A stretch of 49,769 nt of DNA, the filler included, from Candidatus Lindowbacteria bacterium RIFCSPLOWO2_12_FULL_62_27 (GTDB lineage: Bacteria > Lindowbacteria > 2-12-FULL-62-27), in the NCBI GenBank assembly GCA_001784175.1. It is 3 parts of 3 records of this genome, joined end to end, with 100 filler letters (N's around TTAATTAATTAA, not from the genome) between each part and the next. Parts side by side here need not be neighbours in the genome. Positions count along the whole stretch, not along the records: positions 1 to 23,958 come from MFPR01000037.1; positions 24,059 to 38,149 come from MFPR01000040.1; 1 more part is not named here. One strand, 5' to 3'. This document shows positions 16,897 through 27,000 of the stretch, piece by piece. Position numbers and translations under genes: made by a program. Position 1 is the first letter of the stretch. Each line of letters begins with the position of its first letter. Below the pieces are notes generated by a model that was not told the origin of the DNA, ran no database searches, and saw only the letters and a list, made by a program, of their open reading frames with translations.

Positions 16897-19281
16897 TCAC
16901 CGCCACTTCCAGTTCCGGATGGCCGGCATGTCCTCTCCGTGCTGCTCGATGTACTGTTTGTGCTCGATGAGCCGTTCGCGGATCGACTGTTTGAGGTGGG
17001 CCGCATGTGCGCCCAGCCGGGGCAGGCGGTCGATGACGTCCTCGGCGAGGTGGAATCGGTCCATGTCGTTCAAGACGGTCATGTCGAAGGGCGTCGTCGT
17101 CGTGCCTTCCTCCTTGTAGCCGCGCACGTGAATGTTCTTGTGATTGGCCCGCCGGTAGGTGAGCCGGTGGATGAGCCAGGGGTATCCGTGGAACGCGAAG
17201 ATGACCGGCTTGTTTCTGGTGAAGAGGACGTCAAATTCCTTGTCGTCGAGCCCATGCGGGTGCTCGCGGGCCGGCTGAAGCTTCATGAGGTCGACCACGT
17301 TGATCACGCGAATCTTAAGTTTCGGAATGAACTTCCGCAGAATCCCGACCGCCGCCAGCGTTTCCATCGTCGGCACATCGCCCGCGCAGGCCATCACGAC
17401 GTCGGGCTCGCCGCCGCGGTCCGTGCTCGCCCATTCCCAGATGCCGGCGCCGGCCGTGCAGTGTTTGACGGCGGCGTCCATGTCGAGCCACTGCGGCGCG
17501 GGCTGTTTGCCGGCCACGATGACGTTGACGTAGTTGCGGCTGCGCAGGCAGTGATCGGTGACGGACAGCAGGGTGTTCGCGTCCGGCGGGAGATAGACCC
17601 GGACGACCTCGGCTTTTTTGTTGATCACGTGGTCGAGAAATCCCGGGTCCTGATGGCTGAACCCGTTATGGTCCTGGCGCCACACGTGTGACGTCAGGAG
17701 ATAATTCAGGGACGCGATCGGCCGGCGCCAGGGGATGTGGCGCGTTGTTTTGAGCCATTTGGCGTGCTGGTTGAACATCGAGTCGATGATGTGAATGAAC
17801 GCCTCGTAACAGTTGAAGAACCCGTGCCGGCCGGTCAGGAGATACCCTTCGAGCCAGCCCTGGCACAGGTGCTCGCTCAAGACCTCCATCACGCGGCCGT
17901 CCGGCGAGACGTGGTCGTCGATTTTCAGAATTTCGCCCATGGAACAGCGGTCGGTCACCTCAAACACCGCCGTCCAGCGGTTCGACGCCGTCTCGTCCGG
18001 GCCGAAGATCCGGAAGGTGTCGGGATTGAGCTTGATCACATCGCGCAAAAATTGCCCCTGCACGCGCGCGGCCTCCGCCTCCACCGCGCCGGGCTTCCGG
18101 ACCGCCACGGCGAACTTCCGAAAATCGGGCATCCGAAGATCGCGCAGGAGCGCGCCGCCGTTGGCGTGCGGGTTGGCGCTCATCCGCCGCTCGCCCCGCG
18201 GCGCCAGGTCCGCCAGCGCCGGAATCAGCCGGCCCCCCGGATCGAAGAGTTCCTCCGGCCGGTAGCTCTTCATCCATTTCTCGAGGATACTGATATGTTC
18301 CAGCCGGTCCATGTCGCCCATCGGCACCTGATGCGCGCGGAACGTGTTCTCGACGGGCTTGCCGTCGACCTCCTTCGGCCCCGTCCAGCCCTTGGGCGTT
18401 CGCAGGATAATCACAGGCCAGTGCGGGCGGTGGACCCCCCCAAGGGGGGTGCGCGCGTCCCGCTGAATCTCCCGGATGTCGGACACAACGCGATCCAGCG
18501 TCTCCGCCATGAGCCGGTGCATCTTCGGTGGATCGTCGCCCTCGACGAAATAGGGCCGGTATCCGTATCCGCGAAAGAGCGCCTCCAGCTCCTCGCGCGG
18601 CATGCGGCCCATGATCGTAGGGCCGGCGATTTTGTAGCCGTTCAGGTGAAGAATCGGCAGAACGGCGCCGTCGCGGGCGGGATTCAGGAATTTGTTCGAA
18701 TGCCAGCTCGCGGCGAGCGGCCCGGTTTCGGCCTCGCCATCGCCGATGACGCAGGCCGCAAGGAGTTCCGGATTGTCGAAGACCGCGCCGAAGGCGTGGA
18801 CGAGCGCGTAGCCGAGCTCCCCGCCCTCGTGGATCGACCCCGGCGTTTCCGGCGCGACGTGGCTCGGGATTCCGCCGGGAAAGGAAAACTGCTTGAACAG
18901 CCGCTTCATCCCCGCCTCATCCCGCGAAACGTCCGGGTACACCTCGCTGTAGGTCCCTTCGAGGTACGCGTTGGCCACCAGTCCGGGCCCGCCGTGTCCG
19001 GGCCCGGTGATGTAGATCGTGTTGAGATCGTTCACCCGGATGAGGCGGTTCAGGTGGGCGTAGATGAAATTCAACCCGGGCGTGGTGCCCCAGTGCCCGA
19101 GGAGCCGCGGCTTGATGTGCCGCCGGGTCAGGGGAATCTTCAAGAGAGGATTGTCATAGAGATAAATCTGCCCGACGGACAGGTAATTGGCGGCCCGCCA
19201 GTAGGCGTCGATTTTGCGCAGCCAGTCGGGCGTTGCAGGTTTATTTTTTGAAGGCATTCGGACGATGTTTTCAAGCGTCAT
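16897..19281 (-). CDS. xfp: Xylulose-5-phosphate/fructose-6-phosphate phosphoketolase
   Basis: [40 protein letters not shown] motif GDGEAETG..., and [22 protein letters not shown] upstream of ATG 19281. Confidence 0.96.
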   Translation of the reverse strand: MTLENIVRMPSKNKPATPDWLRKIDAYWRAANYLSVGQIYLYDNPLLKIPLTRRHIKPRLLGHWGTTPGLNFIYAHLNRLIRVNDLNTIYITGPGHGGPGLVANAYLEGTYSEVYPDVSRDEAGMKRLFKQFSFPGGIPSHVAPETPGSIHEGGELGYALVHAFGAVFDNPELLAACVIGDGEAETGPLAASWHSNKFLNPARDGAVLPILHLNGYKIAGPTIMGRMPREELEALFRGYGYRPYFVEGDDPPKMHRLMAETLDRVVSDIREIQRDARTPLGGVHRPHWPVIILRTPKGWTGPKEVDGKPVENTFRAHQVPMGDMDRLEHISILEKWMKSYRPEELFDPGGRLIPALADLAPRGERRMSANPHANGGALLRDLRMPDFRKFAVAVRKPGAVEAEAARVQGQFLRDVIKLNPDTFRIFGPDETASNRWTAVFEVTDRCSMGEILKIDDHVSPDGRVMEVLSEHLCQGWLEGYLLTGRHGFFNCYEAFIHIIDSMFNQHAKWLKTTRHIPWRRPIASLNYLLTSHVWRQDHNGFSHQDPGFLDHVINKKAEVVRVYLPPDANTLLSVTDHCLRSRNYVNVIVAGKQPAPQWLDMDAAVKHCTAGAGIWEWASTDRGGEPDVVMACAGDVPTMETLAAVGILRKFIPKLKIRVINVVDLMKLQPAREHPHGLDDKEFDVLFTRNKPVIFAFHGYPWLIHRLTYRRANHKNIHVRGYKEEGTTTTPFDMTVLNDMDRFHLAEDVIDRLPRLGAHAAHLKQSIRERLIEHKQYIEQHGEDMPAIRNWKWR

Positions 19282-19349
19282 ACAGGGTACACCTCCCACG
19301 GTTTTTTCAAGATGGAGTATAGCAGAGGGAGTGGAAGTACGAAACCAGT

Positions 19350-20891
19350 TTACCGATCGAGGACCTCCCGGATTTTACGCGCCATGTCTTCCGGCCGGAA
19401 TGGTTTTGGCAGAAGCGGCGCATCGGCCGGCGGCTCCTTTGCGGTCACTCTGAACGGACCGAAGATCGCGTCCACGTCGCCGGACATGAAAAGGATCTTG
19501 ATGGCCGGCCGGATCCGTTTGATGGCGTCGGCCAGCGCCACGCCGTCGGTTTGGGGCATGACCACGTCCGTGATCAGGAGATGGATGTCGCCGGCGTGGT
19601 TCCTTGCGATGCTCATCGCCTCCTCGGGGTTTGGGGCGGTCCGGACGGTGTAGCCGAGGTCGGACAGGGCGCGGGAGAAGACGTTCAAGAGGACGGCATG
19701 GTCATCGACCATGAGCAGCGTTTCCGCGCCGACGAGACTTTGCGGATGAAGGAGGCGTTGCGATCCGGAGTCCCCGGCCCCGGTTGCCCGCGGAAGGCGG
19801 ATCCGGACCGTCGTGCCTTCGCCGGGCGTGGTTTCGATCTCGATTCGGCCCTGATGGCGCTCGACGATGTCCCGGCACGTGGCGAGTCCCAGTCCGCTCC
19901 CCCTGCCTTTTTCCTTGGTCGAGAAAAACGGCTCGAACACGCGCGCCTTCACTTCGTCCGTCATTCCGACGCCCGCGTCGATGATGGACACGGTCACCTC
20001 TCCGGCGCCGGCGGGATCGTTGGATGTGTCGATCCGGATCGTCCCGCCGCCCGGCATCGCGTCGCGGGCATTGATGACAAGATTGGCGAGCACCTGCTCG
20101 ATCTGGGCTGGATCGATCCTGACGGGCGCAAGGTCCGGAGACAGGTTGATCTCCAGCCGCAGGCCCTGGCCGATGAACCGGCGGAGCAACCGCTCGATGT
20201 TCCTGATCGAGTCGTTGAGGTTCAGGCACACAGGCTCGGCGGGCCGGTTGCCGGCAAACGACAGGAGCTGTCTGCTGATGTCCGCCAATTGCCTTGCGCA
20301 TCGCCGCAGTTCCTCCAAGTCGGTCCGGGCCGCGGACTCCGCCGGAAGGGCTCTCAGCGCGACTTCGGCGAATCCCATCATGCCGGTGAGATGATTGTTG
20401 AAATCGTGCGCCACGCCCGCGAGCAGGCGCCCGGCGGCGGTCAATCGCTGCGCATGGTAAAACTGCCGCTCGAGGCGCTGCCGGTCGGTCATGTCCCGAA
20501 TGGCCGCAATGGCGTAGATGCCCTCGTCCGTCTCCAGCGGGCTGAGACTCACGTCCGCCGGAAATTCCTTACCGCCCTTCCGAAGGCCCGTGATATGGAG
20601 GGAGGTGCCCATCGGGCGCGAGTGGGGCGCCGCAAAGTAGGACTGGAGGTGACGTGCATGGTCGTGGCGGGTGGCGGCGGGGATCAGCATGTCGAGGGGA
20701 CTGCCGAGGAGGTGTTCCCGGCGGTGGCCGAAGAGCCCTTCCGCCCGGGCGTTGGCTTCGACGATCCGCCCGGTTCGGCCGACGATCACCACCGCGTCCG
20801 GCATCCATTCGAGCGCGGCCCGAAAGCCCACGTCCTCCAACCGGGGGACCCGGCGCGCCCCGGGCGCGGAGTTTTCTTCAGGAGCGGCCAT
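19350..20891 (-). CDS. PAS-domain hybrid sensor histidine kinase / response regulator (cytoplasmic)
   Basis: PAS (MPDAVVIV...SRPMG...EFPADVSLS), H-box AHDFNN, N-box NARDAM, G boxes DAGVGM/FFSTK/GSGLGL, and receiver TDVVMP...KPF. Confidence 0.93.
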   Translation of the reverse strand: MAAPEENSAPGARRVPRLEDVGFRAALEWMPDAVVIVGRTGRIVEANARAEGLFGHRREHLLGSPLDMLIPAATRHDHARHLQSYFAAPHSRPMGTSLHITGLRKGGKEFPADVSLSPLETDEGIYAIAAIRDMTDRQRLERQFYHAQRLTAAGRLLAGVAHDFNNHLTGMMGFAEVALRALPAESAARTDLEELRRCARQLADISRQLLSFAGNRPAEPVCLNLNDSIRNIERLLRRFIGQGLRLEINLSPDLAPVRIDPAQIEQVLANLVINARDAMPGGGTIRIDTSNDPAGAGEVTVSIIDAGVGMTDEVKARVFEPFFSTKEKGRGSGLGLATCRDIVERHQGRIEIETTPGEGTTVRIRLPRATGAGDSGSQRLLHPQSLVGAETLLMVDDHAVLLNVFSRALSDLGYTVRTAPNPEEAMSIARNHAGDIHLLITDVVMPQTDGVALADAIKRIRPAIKILFMSGDVDAIFGPFRVTAKEPPADAPLLPKPFRPEDMARKIREVLDR

Positions 20892-20896
20892 TCACA

Positions 20897-21307
20897 TCAC
20901 GCGCAGCCGCGCGCAAGCATTTTCAAGATCGAGCAGCGTTTCGGCGCGCACGTTCCCCTGCATCCGGCGATCGCCCGTGACAGAATCCGTTTCCTCCGGG
21001 CAACCCTCTTCAACTCTTTTTCCATTTCGGCGATTTTGAGTTTGACGAGCGCCCGGATATTCCCGCAGAGGGGATGCGTCGCATTCCGCCATTTCAGAAT
21101 ATCGGCGATTTCCGAAAGCTTGAATCCGCATTCCTGCGCCTTCCGGATGAACTGCAGCCGCGCGACCGCCTCCTCCGGATAGACCCGATACCCGCGGGGA
21201 CTGTGCCGCGCCGGACAGGGCATCAGCTTGACGCGCTCGTAGTATCGAACGGTTTCGGTGCCGACGCCCGCAAGCCTGGCCAATCGGCCGATCGTCAGCG
21301 CCTTCAT
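20897..21307 (-). CDS. MerR-family heavy-metal-responsive transcriptional regulator
   Basis: LTIGRLARLAGVGTETVRYYER HTH, GYRVY and FIRKAQECGF, plus metal-ligand Cys in HPLC and C-RGT-C-APKR-C-SIL. Confidence 0.93.
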   Translation of the reverse strand: MKALTIGRLARLAGVGTETVRYYERVKLMPCPARHSPRGYRVYPEEAVARLQFIRKAQECGFKLSEIADILKWRNATHPLCGNIRALVKLKIAEMEKELKRVARRKRILSRAIAGCRGTCAPKRCSILKMLARGCA

Positions 21308-21355
21308 GGAGATGAAACCTTTGTACCAACCCTTACAACCCTCATCCCGAGGCAG

Positions 21356-21387
21356 AGCGTAACCATAAAGTCCGGTACGGATGTCAA
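21356..21387 (-). promoter_or_regulatory. MerR-type sigma70 promoter with 20-bp spacer
   Basis: Minus strand reads TTGACA-TCCGTACCGGACTTTATGGT-TACGCT. The over-long spacer contains the imperfect dyad CCGTA-N8-TATGG and begins like the mer operator half-site TCCGTAC. Confidence 0.7.
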
Positions 21388-21411
21388 GTACGCTTTGGAA
21401 ATTCTCTCACC

Positions 21412-23034
21412 TCACACCAGCGGGATCGCCTTGATCCGGCGGCGGTCCGGATCGTATTTGAAGCGGACCCATGAGATCGGCTCGGACACGAGGTACAGCG
21501 CGTGCCCGATCTGAATTCTCACGCCCGGGTGCACGCGCCCGCGCACGTCGACGGTTCCGGTCGAGCGGTTTTTCATGGACTCCATGAATTTCGTTTCCTC
21601 GATCTCGATCTTGCGCTGCCGGGTTTTGAGTACAAGGATGGTCTTCGCAAGTTTCAGCATCTGCCGGCCGTCGTCCGTCAGCGCCTCCGGCCGGAGGGAT
21701 TCGGAGGACAGGCCGAAATGGGCGAGGGCCAGTTCTGCGTCGTTGAGGGATTTGAGAATCGCCTGCATGCGCTGTTTGAGCCGGGACAGCGCCTTGAGCT
21801 GGTCCGGCGTAATGCCGAGGTGGACGAGCGTGGGCTCGCCGGTGCCCGCGCCGAGGTCCCGGACCTCCACGCGCTCGCCCGCGTAGATCGTCCCGCCGAT
21901 CACCACGCCCCGGCCGTCGGTGACGGTCACTGACTCCCCCGCCGCGAGGGTGCTTCCGACGGCGCTCTCCGTCTGCAGCGCGCCGCCGGCGCAGACGCTT
22001 GCGTGCTCGATGAATTTGACGCGGACGTCGCCCGCGGCCTGGATCATCCCAAAGCCGGATCCTTGGATGCCCCGCGCGACCAGGACGCTTCCCTCCTGCG
22101 ATGTCACCGTCGCGGACTCCACCCCGCCCTCGATCACGATGTCCTGCCGGGCCTGCACCGAAAGGCCGGTCCGGACCCATCCGCGGACCAGGATTTCCCC
22201 GGGGAACAGCACATGGCCGACCGAGATGTCGATGTCGCTCGCGAAGCGCATCATCTTTTCGATGTCGATGCAGCCTTCGTCCAGGATCACCCGGCCGGGT
22301 TCCTTTGCGTAAAAGAACCCGGCGAGCGCGTCGAAGGAAACGTTGGGACCCGGATCGGGAACAAGGGGCCGCCCGGCGCCGGCGGCGATCTCCTTTCCAA
22401 AGATATCCTTCCCCGGGGTTCCCGCGGTCGGGGCCACAAGCCTCGCGATTTTTTGGTCTTTCTCCACTGTTTCAAGATCCGCAATCAAGCCCCCCGCCGC
22501 CTCCGCCGCCGGCCGCGTCATACCGGCGGGAACGGCGCCCCACGTTCGGATGAGTTCGATGCGCCCGTCATGTCCGGGCGACGCGGGGACGCCCTTTGCG
22601 ATCACAACCCCTTTCGCCGGCTCCGTCCGGCCGCGTTCGACCGCCGCGGTGATGGCCGTCTCATCGATCCCAAACACGACGCCCATTTCATCCAGCCGGC
22701 GGCGGACATCGTCCGCCGAGATCGCCGGGCCATCCGACACGGGCGGCGTCACATCCAGTTCCGCGACGGTTTTCTCCCGGTCGACGCGCACAGCAAACCC
22801 GCCGGGGATGGCGGGAAATCCGAGAAGCTTGATGATGTGCGGCCCGAATCGCCGGCTCATCTGCCGGATTTCCTCGTACATCTCGTCCGCCTGCGCCGAT
22901 TCGGCCGCGATCGCGCTTTGAAATTCCGCTTCGACATCGAGATCGCCCTCAACGGCGGACAGATCGACGAGCACGCGTTCCAGGCGGTTTTCCAGGTCGA
23001 GAATCTCCGATTCCGTCAACATGCGTCGGACCAT
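21412..23034 (-). CDS. FapA / DUF342 family protein
   Basis: GVVFGIDETAI, VIAKGVP..PGHDG, PTAGTPGKDIFG, DIDISVGHVLFPGEILVRG, IGG.IYAG and VHPGVRIQIG. GGAGGAG RBS before ATG 23034. Confidence 0.85.
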   Translation of the reverse strand: MVRRMLTESEILDLENRLERVLVDLSAVEGDLDVEAEFQSAIAAESAQADEMYEEIRQMSRRFGPHIIKLLGFPAIPGGFAVRVDREKTVAELDVTPPVSDGPAISADDVRRRLDEMGVVFGIDETAITAAVERGRTEPAKGVVIAKGVPASPGHDGRIELIRTWGAVPAGMTRPAAEAAGGLIADLETVEKDQKIARLVAPTAGTPGKDIFGKEIAAGAGRPLVPDPGPNVSFDALAGFFYAKEPGRVILDEGCIDIEKMMRFASDIDISVGHVLFPGEILVRGWVRTGLSVQARQDIVIEGGVESATVTSQEGSVLVARGIQGSGFGMIQAAGDVRVKFIEHASVCAGGALQTESAVGSTLAAGESVTVTDGRGVVIGGTIYAGERVEVRDLGAGTGEPTLVHLGITPDQLKALSRLKQRMQAILKSLNDAELALAHFGLSSESLRPEALTDDGRQMLKLAKTILVLKTRQRKIEIEETKFMESMKNRSTGTVDVRGRVHPGVRIQIGHALYLVSEPISWVRFKYDPDRRRIKAIPLV

Positions 23035-23039
23035 GCCTG

Positions 23040-23525
23040 TCACTCCTCCGCGGGCTTGTCGCGGAGCGCGCGTGCGGCGAGGGCGGCCAGGCCGGTTTCT
23101 TTTCGGCGCCGGGCGGGATGCGCCTCCGTGGGTGCGGCGTCCGGGTTGCCGTCCGCCGGGACCCGTCCGAGATGTTTCTCGATTTTTCCGACGAGCGCCT
23201 CAGGCTCGAAAGGTTTGGCCAGATAGTCATTCGCGCCGGCGTACACCGCCTGCACAATCGTGTCCTTGTCGGCCACGGCGGTCATCATCACAACTTTGGG
23301 TCCGGCCATGCCGTCGGACTTGATGCGTTTCAACGCTTCGATCCCGTTCAGCCTCGGGAGATTCACGTCGAGGAGAATCAAATCCGGTTTTTGCGTGGAC
23401 GCAAGCAGTACGGCGCGGAGACCGTCCCGGGCGGTATCGGTGTCAAATCCGTGGGCCGAGAGGGTCTTCGAGACCGAGTCGAGGACGCCCGGATCGTCGT
23501 CGACGATCAGAATCCGGCCGGTCAT
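23040..23525 (-). CDS. Single-domain response regulator (CheY-like) with C-terminal tail
   Basis: RILIVDDD, PDLILLDVNLP, MMTA and GANDYLAKPF. Confidence 0.88.
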   Translation of the reverse strand: MTGRILIVDDDPGVLDSVSKTLSAHGFDTDTARDGLRAVLLASTQKPDLILLDVNLPRLNGIEALKRIKSDGMAGPKVVMMTAVADKDTIVQAVYAGANDYLAKPFEPEALVGKIEKHLGRVPADGNPDAAPTEAHPARRRKETGLAALAARALRDKPAEE

Positions 23526-23958
23526 GGCGCTCGTGCGCCCTCCGGCGGGACGGCTGTGAGCGTCGCACGAATGCGGCGTAGCAGACCGGCTTCCGTGAAG
23601 GGTTTTTGGATGAACCGCTCCTGCATGGTTTTCTCTCCAAATCGCGCGAGCGCATCGTCCAAGTATCCCGACATGAAAAGGACTTTCATGTCCGGCCGCA
23701 GGGGTGCCAGCCGGTCCGCAAGTTCGACTCCGCTCATGCGCGGCATGACGACGTCCGTCAGCATGAGATCGATCGGCGCGGCATGCTGCTGGCTCACGAC
23801 AAAGGCTTCCCCGCCGCCGGCCGCCTCCAGGACCTTGAATCCGTTGGATTCGAGCATCTGCCGGACCACCGTGCGGACCCGGTCCTCGTCTTCGACCAGC
23901 AGGACCGTTTCGGACCCGCCGGCCGCCCTTCGTGTCGAACGGGCGGGCGCGGCGCGTT
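23522..23958 (-). CDS. C-terminal receiver domain of a (probably hybrid kinase) signalling protein; 5' end lost at the contig break
   Basis: The frame is open up to the N gap: GGSETVLLVEDEDRVR...IDLMLTDVVMPRMSG...FMSGY...QKPF. Confidence 0.8.
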
Positions 23959-24058
23959 NNNNNNNNNNNNNNNNNNNNNNNNNNNNNNNNNNNNNNNNNN
24001 NNTTAATTAATTAANNNNNNNNNNNNNNNNNNNNNNNNNNNNNNNNNNNNNNNNNNNN
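23959..24058. other. Artificial contig spacer (N run, TTAATTAATTAA, N run)
   Basis: 100-nt linker carrying a stop-codon cassette, identical in design to the one at 38150-38249. Confidence 0.97.
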
Positions 24059-27000
24059 GAGACGTATGTGCTTTTGTCGAAATACGTCACCCTCACCGAC
24101 TCGGAGTGGCGCCGCGCGGTGATCCCGCTCAAAGACGTGAGCATCGACACCAAGGCGATGGAGAACTGGTCGCTGCAGTTCCGGAGCGACAACGGCTATC
24201 GTGTACCGGGCAAGGGCGGGAACATTTACATTGACGACATCATGTTCAAGGCCGGCGCGCCTCAGACCCACACGAATTTCGACGTGATCTCGCCGGACAC
24301 CATCACGATCGGCGAAACGTTTTCCGCCACGTTCAAGGCGACGCACCAGGACCGCGGAGTGCTGTCGACGTCGACGTACTCCGGCACCGGCGTGATCAGC
24401 CTGACCGGCATCGGCATCGACACGTATTTGCCCAAGTCGCTTGCGGCGTTCGCGAACGGCCAGCGCAGCGACTCGATGATCGTTTTCACCGACACGCCCG
24501 GGTACATCACGATCAAGCTCACGCATCCGACCGACTCGCTGATTTACGGCCACAAGGTTGTGCGGGCGATCAGCGGGAAGATCCGGCTGGAGGTTCTGAC
24601 GGACCCGGTGTATTCCGGACGGCCGATCAATCTTCGCGCGACGGCGCTCGATTACAAGGGCGACACGCTGGCGTCGTTCAAGCAGTCCGCCGGGTTGGGC
24701 GTTTCGGGCGGCGTGGTCACGCCGGGGGGCACGTCGGCATTCGATACGGGCGTGTGGACCGGCGCTGCGACGGTGCATGCCGGGGGCACGGTGACGATCC
24801 GTGTGGAGAAGGACGGCTCGCAGGGCACGGCCGTGATATTTGTGCGCGCCCCGATTCAGATCGAAGAAGGCGCGGACGGCGGCAGTCCCAATTTGCTCGG
24901 CGGATGGACCTTCACGTGGCCCGACCCGAATTTCTCGATGACCTACTCGCAGACCCGGTCGTTCAACGACAGTTACGCTCTTCGATATTCCTACAACGTG
25001 CAGAGCGCGGGCTCGGGCGGCGGTTTCGGCCAGAGCCTGCAGAGCATCGACATCCGGACGGCCTCGACGCTGTCGTTCTGGATTCTCGGGGAGAACGGCC
25101 TGGGTCTGAGCGGAGATCTGCGCGTGGGGATCAAGGACTCGAACGGGATCGAAACACTGAAGGTCGTGACCGATTACGTTGTGCCTCGGCCGGACACATG
25201 GCGGCGGGCCATCATTCCGCTTACGGCGTTCACGGGCGTGGACACGTCGAGGATGGACAACTGGAATTTTCAGGTCGCGCCGACCGTCGGGCCGGCGCTT
25301 GTGACGGGGTACATCGATGACATTCGGTTCGACACGCACGTGCCGGATACGTATGTGACGTTTGAGGTGGAGGCGCCGGCGACGGTCGTGACCGGGGAGA
25401 CATTCATTTTGAAAGTGTGGGCGGTGCATCGAGACAGCGGCGTTTATTATCCGGCGAACGAGACCGTCGCGTTTTCGGTATCGAGCGGGAGCATCCTGCC
25501 GTCGTCTCAGGCGCTGAAAGCCGGCGTCATCCGGGACTCGTTCAGTGTAAGCACGCCGGGCCAGATCGTGATCACCGCGACAGCGAACGGCCGGAGCGGC
25601 ACGGCGACCGTGACGGTGTTGCCGGCGGGCAACGTGATCGTGGATGACTTTGAGGACGGGGATGCGGCGTACAACAATCTGGGCAAGACGACCGCGACGT
25701 GGAGCGTGCCGACGCGGGCGACGACCATCGATTCGCCCACGCGGGGCGGGATATCCGCCAAGTTCAGCTTCACGGCGACGAACACCCAGAACGGCGGGTG
25801 GGAGGAGCAGGTGGCGGCGAGTCCGGGCATGAACATTTCGTCCTTGAATTCCCTCGCATTCTGGGCGCGCGCCGCGACGGCGACCCCTGAAAATTATTCA
25901 AAGATCGTCTACACGAGCGTTCGTGACACCGCGAACGTCGAGGCGCCGAACCTGCCGCTGGACAGCTTCGTGCTCCTGAAGACCGGAGAATGGCGTCGCG
26001 TGATCATCCCGCTCGGGAACTTCACGGCGGACACGCGGCACATCAAGGACATGAACATCCTGCGGATCGACAACCAGACCGGCGCCACCGTCACCGGATC
26101 GGTTTACGCGGACGACATCCATTTCACGTCAGACACGGGCGACGGCCTGAACGATTTCGAGGTCATCGCGCCGGCGACAGCGATGCTGGGCGAGACGTTC
26201 GCGATCAAGATCTACGCGCGGCACAAGGAGAAGGGGATTCTTTCCACGTACAAGGACACCGTGACGTTCGATTCGCCCGCGGGCGTGCGGCCGGTTGCAT
26301 CGGACTCGTTCGCCGGCGGGATCGTGCGGCAGCTCATCAGCCTGTCCGAAACAGGCATCCTGCAGCTTGTCGTGAAGTCCGGCGGGCGGTCCGGGACCGC
26401 GACGATCCGTGTCTATGACACGGCGACGGGACTGGCGATCCACACGATGGACACGGGCGGAAATCCCACGACGACGAATGATCTCGGGCAGGGGACGCTG
26501 ACGTGGCTGGGCGGCGCCGCGGCGCCTGCCTACGACCGGTTCGACACGGTGACGCCGGGCCGCGCGAGCGCGACGGCCGCGAAATTCACGTTCGTCACGG
26601 ACGCGGACGGCACGGATGGCGGGTACGAGGAGCGGTTTGCGTCTCCGTTCGACGCGAGCACGTACAGGTATCTGACCTACTGGCTGAAGGCCGGCGACAC
26701 GGCGCAGCGGCTGAACGATCTCAAGACGTCGATCCGGGACGTCAACAACAATGAAGTGACTTTGAATCTCAAGGATTACGTGCGCGCGAGCGCGAAGGAA
26801 TGGCGGCGGGTTGTGGTGCCGTTCACGGATTTCGGCGCGGCGGTCGACACGAAGGCGCTGAAGGACATGAACTGGGTGAGGTTCAGCGTGAGCGCGTCGC
26901 CGTCGACGATGACGCAGATGTATCTGGACGATCTGGCGTTCGCGGGCTATCTGCCGAACGCGCTGTCAGGCTTTGAGATTTCGGCGCCGTCGAACGTGGT

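Noticed and set aside
23959-24058. TTAATTAATTAA palindrome repeated at 38194, suggesting att sites or element ends around the giant gene
   Set aside because: Both copies are centred in N runs of the same design, so they are assembly linkers. No functional link between the three contigs can be inferred.
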